From contig OZ244849.1 of NCBI GenBank assembly GCA_965220875.1, forward strand, positions 1,815,606 through 1,879,605: a stretch of 64,000 bases of DNA, given 5' to 3'. Below are positions 57,536 to 64,000 of this stretch, one piece after another. The DNA is from Gammaproteobacteria bacterium (GTDB lineage: Bacteria > Pseudomonadota > Gammaproteobacteria > UBA4575). A program made the position numbers and the translations under genes. The notes below the pieces were generated by a model. The model was given only the letters and a program-made list of their open reading frames with translations. It had not been told where the DNA came from and did no database searches. The stretch's first letter is position 1. The number at the start of each line of letters is the position of its first letter.

Positions 57536-59554
57536 TCATGAAGGAAGCACAAAGCGCTTGCCATACATTTTCTTCTTTACATGCTGCCCTCCTCCACGCT
57601 TGAACCGGATTCGGTAACGACGATCCAGTGCAGCCAAAATTCCGCCGGTAGCCATAAGCATGGTACCAAGCCATATCCATTGTACAAAGGGTTTGTAGTA
57701 CAACCGCATGCCCCATGTATTTTCATCAACCTGCTCACCTAATGCGACATATACATCACGTAAAAACCCAGAATCAATTCCTGCCTCTGTCATCGGGTTT
57801 TGTTGTACAAGATATGTGCGCTTTTCAGGGAAAAGTGTAGCTACCAGTCTACCCTCACTGGATACACGTACAGAGGCTTGTTTTGAAGCATAGTTTGGAC
57901 CCCTAACATCCTTGACTCCTTCAAATTGAAATTCGTATCCTGCCATTTCAGTTTTCTGGCCAACGTGCATTGGTAATTCCCTCACTTGCTCGTATGCACT
58001 CACAAACGTCACGCCAAGAACAAAAATACCTATACCGCAATGTGCAATCGACATCCCCCACGTTGCTTGGGGAATCTTCATGATTCGGCGAAATCCACGT
58101 ACGCCAAATCCGGAACTGATTGCATTTTTAAACAGATAATACACTGCAGACGAAACAGACCATCCACCCAGTGCTACGCCTAGAAATACCAGAATCGAAG
58201 TTTTGCCAGCAACAATAAAAGGTAAAGCGATACCAATTACTATCCCGACAACTGCCACTTTGATCAATCTGGCCAATACCTTGCTCATCACCGCACTCTT
58301 CCAACGCATAAATGGTCCTATGCCAACGACCAGTACAAGCGGCAAAGTCAACACAGAAAATACAAAATCAAAGTATGGCTTTCCAACGGATAATGATGGC
58401 AAGTCAAAGGCGCTAACAAATAACGGATAAAGGGTTCCAACAAGAATTGTCAACATAGCAACCAGTAGTAAGACATTGTTAACCAGCAAGGCAGTCTCAC
58501 GAGAAAAAATGTCAAATTGTCCTGAAGACTTTATGTGTGGTGCGCGAATCGCATAAAGCAGCAATGACCCACCAATGACTACTGCCAGGAATACAAGAAT
58601 ATACAGACCACGGGCCGGATCATTGGCAAACGCGTGAACAGACACCAGGACACCTGAACGCACCAAAAAGGCACCCAATAGACACAGCGAAAATGTAAAT
58701 ATTGACAACAATACGGTCCAGCTTTTAAAGCTCGACCTTTTGTCAGTGACGGCTAGTGAATGAACAAGTGCTGTACCTACCAGCCAAGGCATGAATGATG
58801 CATTTTCAACAGGGTCCCAGAACCACCAGCCTCCCCAGCCAAGTTCGTGATAGGCCCACCAACTTCCGAGTGATATGCCTATGGTGAGAAACACCCATGC
58901 AAAGATTGCCCAAGGCCTTGACCATCTTGCCCAAATAGAATCCAACTTACCTCCCAACAAAGCTGCAATAGCAAATGAAAAGGCAACCGAAAATCCAACA
59001 TATCCCATGTATAGCATCGGCGGGTGGATCACGAGGCCTGGGTCTTGCAACAATGGGTTCAGATCCTGACCTTCCATAGGAGATGGAAAAATTCGCTCGA
59101 ACGGATTCGAAGTGAGAAGCATGAACAGTAGGAAACCAGAGCTTACCAAACCCATAACCCCCAAAACACGAGCAACCATATCATTCGGCAGACTGCGACA
59201 AAAAACTGTTACTGCAAATGTCCAGATGCCTAGCATGAGCACCCAAAGCAGCAATGACCCTTCGTGTGCCCCCCAAACTGCTGAAAACTTGTAATAGATT
59301 GGCAAGGCAGAATTGGAGTTGTTTGCAACATACAGCACGGAAAAGTCATTACTGATAAAGCTGTATGTCAAACAGATGTAGGAAATTAGGATAAAAAGAA
59401 ACTGTGCGCGTGCCGCAGGTTTTGCAATGGCTATCCATTGGAAAGTGCGGGTTTGTGCACCCAGTATCGGAACGATGCTCTGTACAAGTGCCAGGCAAAG
59501 CGCAATTATCAGTGCAAAGTTTCCAATTTCTGGGATCATCGAAATTTTTGTCAT
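57536..59554 (-). CDS. ccmF: cytochrome c heme lyase subunit CcmF
   Basis: 672 aa, polytopic, with WWD motif GWGGWWFWDPVENAS. Confidence 0.93.
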   Translation of the reverse strand: MTKISMIPEIGNFALIIALCLALVQSIVPILGAQTRTFQWIAIAKPAARAQFLFILISYICLTYSFISNDFSVLYVANNSNSALPIYYKFSAVWGAHEGSLLLWVLMLGIWTFAVTVFCRSLPNDMVARVLGVMGLVSSGFLLFMLLTSNPFERIFPSPMEGQDLNPLLQDPGLVIHPPMLYMGYVGFSVAFSFAIAALLGGKLDSIWARWSRPWAIFAWVFLTIGISLGSWWAYHELGWGGWWFWDPVENASFMPWLVGTALVHSLAVTDKRSSFKSWTVLLSIFTFSLCLLGAFLVRSGVLVSVHAFANDPARGLYILVFLAVVIGGSLLLYAIRAPHIKSSGQFDIFSRETALLVNNVLLLVAMLTILVGTLYPLFVSAFDLPSLSVGKPYFDFVFSVLTLPLVLVVGIGPFMRWKSAVMSKVLARLIKVAVVGIVIGIALPFIVAGKTSILVFLGVALGGWSVSSAVYYLFKNAISSGFGVRGFRRIMKIPQATWGMSIAHCGIGIFVLGVTFVSAYEQVRELPMHVGQKTEMAGYEFQFEGVKDVRGPNYASKQASVRVSSEGRLVATLFPEKRTYLVQQNPMTEAGIDSGFLRDVYVALGEQVDENTWGMRLYYKPFVQWIWLGTMLMATGGILAALDRRYRIRFKRGGGQHVKKKMYGKRFVLPS

Positions 59555-60003
59555 CCTTGAGGTTGATTTGGATGCAAAGCACCCTGCTTATTCAGACTGG
59601 CTGCGACTTCTGGGGGCATATAATTTTCATCGTGCTTTGCCAGAACCTCCTGAGCGACAAAAATACCTCCTTCATTCAACAATCCTTGCGCAACAATACC
59701 CTGACCCTCCCTGAACAGGTCAGGCAGCAACCCCGTATGGCGCACTGTAATGGAATGATTCAGATCAGTCAGGCCAAATTCTGTTGTCAGCCCATCCTCA
59801 GCCTTTACCACACTACCCGAAACAACGATGCCACCAAGTCTGAATAGCCTGTTTTCCGGCACCTCGCCCGAAATTACCTGAGAAGGCGTATGGAATAACA
59901 TGATATTTTGACGCATAGCATACAAAGACAGTGCGACCGCGACACTGAACCCTACAAGTAGCACGATCATGAAAATCAGACGTTGTTTTCTTTTAGCACG
60001 CAT
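59551..60003 (-). CDS. ccmE: heme chaperone CcmE
   Basis: 150 aa. FRLGG.V and the heme-binding His context LAKHDENYMPPEV. Confidence 0.92.
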   Translation of the reverse strand: MRAKRKQRLIFMIVLLVGFSVAVALSLYAMRQNIMLFHTPSQVISGEVPENRLFRLGGIVVSGSVVKAEDGLTTEFGLTDLNHSITVRHTGLLPDLFREGQGIVAQGLLNEGGIFVAQEVLAKHDENYMPPEVAASLNKQGALHPNQPQG

Positions 60004-60009
60004 TGAACA

Positions 60010-60159
60010 CTACTGTTCCAGAGCTTCTTTTATTTCTTTTAGGATTTTATTTTTGCGCAGACTGGTGAAGACTATGCTCAACACGAGAACAACTACAGTT
60101 ATACCGTATGCACCCCATACAAACAAAGCCCTTCCCTCCAGGTAAACTATTTCCTGCAC
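60010..60159 (-). CDS. ccmD: heme exporter protein CcmD (49 aa, below the ORF-track cutoff)
   Basis: Own translation: VQEIVYLEGRALFVWGAYGITVVVLVLSIVFTSLRKNKILKEIKEALEQ. The GTG start shares one base with the ccmC stop. Positioned between ccmC and ccmE. Confidence 0.7.
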   Translation of the reverse strand: MQEIVYLEGRALFVWGAYGITVVVLVLSIVFTSLRKNKILKEIKEALEQ

Positions 60160-60902
60160 TAGTTTGCTTCCACTAATAACTGTTTCACCCAGTTCGTCCT
60201 TCTCTCACGGTACAAAATTTGATTCCGCATGCGAATGATCAACAGTACTATAAAATAGGCCTGAAATGCTGCAGCCACGACCAACAGGGGATACAGCATG
60301 CTTGGATGAACCGATGGAGATGCTGAAACAAGCTGCATATTCGGTTGGTGCAGAGAATTCCACCACGTTACTGAAAAGTGAATGATAGGTATGTTAATTA
60401 CACCTATGACAGCCAAGATACCTGATAGCCTAGACGCAGTTCGGGAATCTTCAATTGCCGAGTGAATGGCAACAACCCCTAAGTACAAAAACAACAGTAT
60501 CAGTTCGGAAGTAAGCCTTGCATCCCACTGCCAGTAAGTGCCCCAGGTCGGCTTCCCCCATAACATGCCCGTAATCAGTGCAAGTGCTGTAAACATTGCA
60601 CCGATGACAGCGCATTCGGACACTACAATTTCGGAAACCTTGGTCCGCCAGACCAATGCTGTAAATCCGGCTATTGCCATGATGACGTACACAAACATCG
60701 ACATCCAAGCCGCAGGCACGTGAACAAATATTATCCTGTAGGTCTCGCCTTGCTGATAATCTGTCGGTGCAATGAATAATCCCCAGTAGAGCCCAGCAAC
60801 CATCAGCACGATGGTCAAACCTGCAAGCCAAGGAATCCATTTTCCGGACCACTCGTAAAAATATTTTAATGAAGATAATCTATGCAGGAATTTCCACATC
60901 AC
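60159..60902 (-). CDS. ccmC: heme exporter protein CcmC
   Basis: 247 aa. WWD motif WGTYWQWDARLTS. Confidence 0.92.
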   Translation of the reverse strand: MMWKFLHRLSSLKYFYEWSGKWIPWLAGLTIVLMVAGLYWGLFIAPTDYQQGETYRIIFVHVPAAWMSMFVYVIMAIAGFTALVWRTKVSEIVVSECAVIGAMFTALALITGMLWGKPTWGTYWQWDARLTSELILLFLYLGVVAIHSAIEDSRTASRLSGILAVIGVINIPIIHFSVTWWNSLHQPNMQLVSASPSVHPSMLYPLLVVAAAFQAYFIVLLIIRMRNQILYRERRTNWVKQLLVEAN

Positions 60903-61571
60903 TCAATCCATACTCACCCTCAGTGAGGCACTGATTGCCAAAGGGGCCAAAATTAGGGCCAGAATCAAACCTGCACCCAGCATGGCCAGTTGGCCTGAAA
61001 CAGCTTGCCCATCCATTGCAGCACTCACTGCGGACGATGCAAATATCAACACCGGAATATAAAGTGGCAACACAAGCAGGCCAATTAATATGCCGCCACC
61101 CCCCAAACCTACCGTGAGCGCTGCACCAATAGCACCAACCAGGCTCAGTATGGGGGTACCAATCAGAACCGAAATCCACAATACAGGAAGAACCTGTCCA
61201 GGTATATGCAGGAGCATGGCCATAACAGGTACAATTCCCAGCATGGGCACACCCGTTATTATCCAGTGCGCAACCACTTTACCGAAGATCAGCAGCGGGA
61301 TTGGGTATGGGCTTAAAAACAGCTGCTCAATACTGCCATCTTCAAAATCTTGCTTGAAGATTCTTTCTACGGAAATCAGGGCAGCAAGTAAAGCTGTAAC
61401 CCATACCACACCAGGTGCCAACTTGCTCAGAAAACTAACATCCGGACTTACGCCGAGCGGGAAAAGAGTTACCACAATTGCATAAAACAGCACCGGGTTC
61501 ATCAATTCAGCACGACGCCGAAATGCCACCAGCAAGTCGCGATGTATGACAGTCAGGAGTACATTCAGCAC
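60903..61571 (-). CDS. ccmB: heme exporter permease CcmB
   Basis: 222 aa with 6 TM segments. Positioned between ccmA and ccmC. Confidence 0.9.
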   Translation of the reverse strand: MLNVLLTVIHRDLLVAFRRRAELMNPVLFYAIVVTLFPLGVSPDVSFLSKLAPGVVWVTALLAALISVERIFKQDFEDGSIEQLFLSPYPIPLLIFGKVVAHWIITGVPMLGIVPVMAMLLHIPGQVLPVLWISVLIGTPILSLVGAIGAALTVGLGGGGILIGLLVLPLYIPVLIFASSAVSAAMDGQAVSGQLAMLGAGLILALILAPLAISASLRVSMD

Positions 61572-61574
61572 AGT

Positions 61575-62195
61575 TTATGAGAGGGTAATCTGCTTGACCC
61601 GGAATTGCGGAAGCTTTAGCTCTCGATGTGTAGTAACTACGAGCAATCCCAGTTTATCCAAATGATTTTTCAAATCCAGTTCAAACTTGACTATAAATTC
61701 TTTGTCCAATGCAGTAAGAGGTTCATCCAAAACCCAGATTGATCTTTGTTCCAGCAACAGTTTCGCCAGGGCCACACGGCGAACCTGTCCAGCAGAAAGC
61801 TTTCTGGTCAGAACATTTCTCTGCTTGAACAGGCCCACATATCGTGCAAGCTCCTTCAGCTTTGACGTATCACTACCCTCACCTGCCAGACGCTGCATAA
61901 ACGATAGATTCTCAAGTACAGTAAGGTCCATTTTGACACCTGACTGGTGCCCGACATACGAGATCTGCTGCCTGAAACTATCGTGCCGGAATATGGATTC
62001 ATCACACCAGGTAACATCACCCTCAACTGGATGACTGAATCCGCACAATATCCTTAATAGACTTGTCTTGCCACTCCCATTGTCACCCTTAACTACCAAA
62101 GCTTCTCCCGATTTGATTGAGAACTCTAAGTTGGAAAAGAGTTCCGTGTCACCTCTGACACATTTCAAGCCATGTGCTTTAAGCATGCTTGTCAC
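61575..62195 (-). CDS. ccmA: heme exporter ATP-binding protein CcmA
   Basis: 206 aa. Walker A GDNGSGKTSLLR, signature LSAGQVRRV, and Walker B IWVLDEP. GTG start at 62195 or ATG at 62186. Confidence 0.9.
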   Translation of the reverse strand: MTSMLKAHGLKCVRGDTELFSNLEFSIKSGEALVVKGDNGSGKTSLLRILCGFSHPVEGDVTWCDESIFRHDSFRQQISYVGHQSGVKMDLTVLENLSFMQRLAGEGSDTSKLKELARYVGLFKQRNVLTRKLSAGQVRRVALAKLLLEQRSIWVLDEPLTALDKEFIVKFELDLKNHLDKLGLLVVTTHRELKLPQFRVKQITLS

Positions 62196-62457
62196 CTGAG
62201 TACGCTTCTCTTTGGATTCGATTAGGTAAAATAAGGCTCAGGAGAGTAATTCATTTATTGAAATGAAATCTTAACATGCAACATTCCAAATACAACGAAC
62301 GAAATTCTTCAGACAATACGTCCACCCTGCCTCTGCATGTCCTGGTTTCGGAAAAGGTAACTGCATGGTAAATCGTGGTATCTGCTATATGATAGTCTCT
62401 AGCAACTCATGATGCAGGCCAAGACTTCTTGAAATCCATTCATAGCAGCTGTCGTTT

Positions 62458-64000
62458 ATGAAATTTTTTCAGCCCAATCTTCCCAGCGAGAGCAACCCCC
62501 AAGTCACTTGGGGACAAGCCTATGGTTGTAGCAAAAGTCTTGCCCTGGCCAGTGCAGTGGAAAAATTTTCGGGTCCAGCCCTGATTATCACTCCAGATAT
62601 TCAGGTTGCACAACAGCTGGAAAACGAGCTGAAATTCTTTTGCAAGCCATCCAAAAAAATCCTTTTGTTTCCGGATTACGAAACACTTCCGTACGATGAA
62701 TTTTCACCCCATGAAGATATCATCTCTGACCGACTGCACGCCTTGAGGTCACTGCTGGATACCGACTGTTATGTATTAATCGTCCCGGTAACCACTTTCA
62801 TGACACGGCTTGCGTCGAAATCTTTTATCGCCAATCAAACTCTGGACCTGTCGACAGGTAGTCAACTCGACTTGAGCAGGTTCAAGGAAACTCTTGTGAG
62901 CTCGGGCTATCAATACGTCTCGCAAGTCACGTTGCATGGTCAATTTGCTGTACGTGGTTCAATAGTTGACTTGTACCCTATGGGCTGTAGCCATCCGTAT
63001 AGAATTGATTTATTCCATAACGAAATTGACTCGATTCGTAGCTTTAACCCTGAAAATCAGATTTCCAGCAGCACGACCCGAGAAATTCGAGTCTTACCTG
63101 CAAAAGAATTTCCAACCGATGAATGCGCGATAAGGCGCTTCAGACAAAATTACAGGATTGAGTTTGAAGGTGACCCGAACAATAGCTGCATTTATCGGGA
63201 TGTCAGCAACTGCAGCCTGCCCCGTGGAATTGAAAATTACATGCCGCTGTTTTGCAAAAAAACCAGCACTTTGCTTGACTTCCTCCCGAATGAGTTCCAG
63301 CTGGTTTTGATTGAAGACATTTTTCAAATAGCCAGAGACTTTGAAAATGAAGCGTTTTCAAGGTACACGCAACGAAAAAATGACCACGTGCGGCCGCCCC
63401 TGCGCCCGGAACTGCTGTGGGTATCTGTCAGAGAGCTTGAGGAAAGTCTGAGTAGTCTCAGCACGATACGATTGCAGCAATATGAACTAGAACGTCCTAG
63501 CCATAACCAGTTTAACCTTGGCGCGAGTCCTCTGCCCGCCCTCTTCATTAATTCACGTGTAACCGACCCGGCAGCAGAACTCAGGCAATTCATAGAAAAT
63601 AGTGAATGCAAAATTCTTTTTCTTACCGAATCTTATGGCAGAAAAGAATACCTGCTTGACGTGCTGAAAGGCTTTGATTTGCACCCATCAGATACAGCCA
63701 ATTGGCAGGAGTTCAGAGAGCTAAACTCAACCCTGGCAATTTCAGTAGGTCCACTTGATCTTGGTTTGGTGCTTTCAGATTGCAGGATTGCAATCATCAC
63801 TGAAAGTGATCTGTTCGGGACACGAATCAAACAAAAACGCTGGCGCAGAAGACAGATCAGAGATGCGGAATCCTTGATCCGAAATCTGGCAGAACTCAAC
63901 GAAGGGTCGCCTATCGTACACGAAGACCATGGTGTCGGTCGATACCGCGGTTTGAAGACATTGAACCTTAGCGGCACTGAAACAGAATTTCTGGTTCTCG
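62458..64000 (+). CDS. mfd: transcription-repair coupling factor Mfd, N-terminal ~514 aa; continues beyond the window
   Basis: Own translation from ATG 62458: MKFFQPNLPSE...WGQAYGCSKSLALA...ALIITPD. Near the window end: EGSPIVHEDHGVGRYRGL. No in-frame stop to base 64000. Confidence 0.9.
   Translation, partial: MKFFQPNLPSESNPQVTWGQAYGCSKSLALASAVEKFSGPALIITPDIQVAQQLENELKFFCKPSKKILLFPDYETLPYDEFSPHEDIISDRLHALRSLLDTDCYVLIVPVTTFMTRLASKSFIANQTLDLSTGSQLDLSRFKETLVSSGYQYVSQVTLHGQFAVRGSIVDLYPMGCSHPYRIDLFHNEIDSIRSFNPENQISSSTTREIRVLPAKEFPTDECAIRRFRQNYRIEFEGDPNNSCIYRDVSNCSLPRGIENYMPLFCKKTSTLLDFLPNEFQLVLIEDIFQIARDFENEAFSRYTQRKNDHVRPPLRPELLWVSVRELEESLSSLSTIRLQQYELERPSHNQFNLGASPLPALFINSRVTDPAAELRQFIENSECKILFLTESYGRKEYLLDVLKGFDLHPSDTANWQEFRELNSTLAISVGPLDLGLVLSDCRIAIITESDLFGTRIKQKRWRRRQIRDAESLIRNLAELNEGSPIVHEDHGVGRYRGLKTLNLSGTETEFLVL

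Overview
AT-rich proteobacterial chromosomal segment, beta/gamma-like gene order, judged from conserved blocks. Most of the window is ordinary housekeeping. The conserved blocks are ftsK-lolA-rarA...crcB-serS, trxB, aat, ispH, thrC-hom, surE-pcm-nlpD, moeA/moaE/moaB, aguAB, a complete System I ccmABCDEFGHI operon, fadE, mfd and glcDEF. I found no transposase, integrase, CRISPR array, rRNA or recognisable phage-defence gene. Three regions are less ordinary. (1) The first ~12.6 kb, next to a tRNA-Ser(UGA), is gene-sparse with several 0.7-0.8 kb ORF-free gaps and many small membrane or hypothetical ORFs. It also carries a transporter plus two flavin-monooxygenase genes of unknown substrate. (2) At 32.3-38.3 kb there is a ligand-binding-protein / histidine-kinase / REC-PP2C / RsbW-like kinase / two-STAS partner-switching cluster with no sigma factor nearby. 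This is my best candidate for an uncharacterised regulatory system. (3) A GC-richer singleton ankyrin-repeat gene sits at 46.8 kb. All functional calls rest on motif recognition in the supplied or self-made translations. No database search was run.
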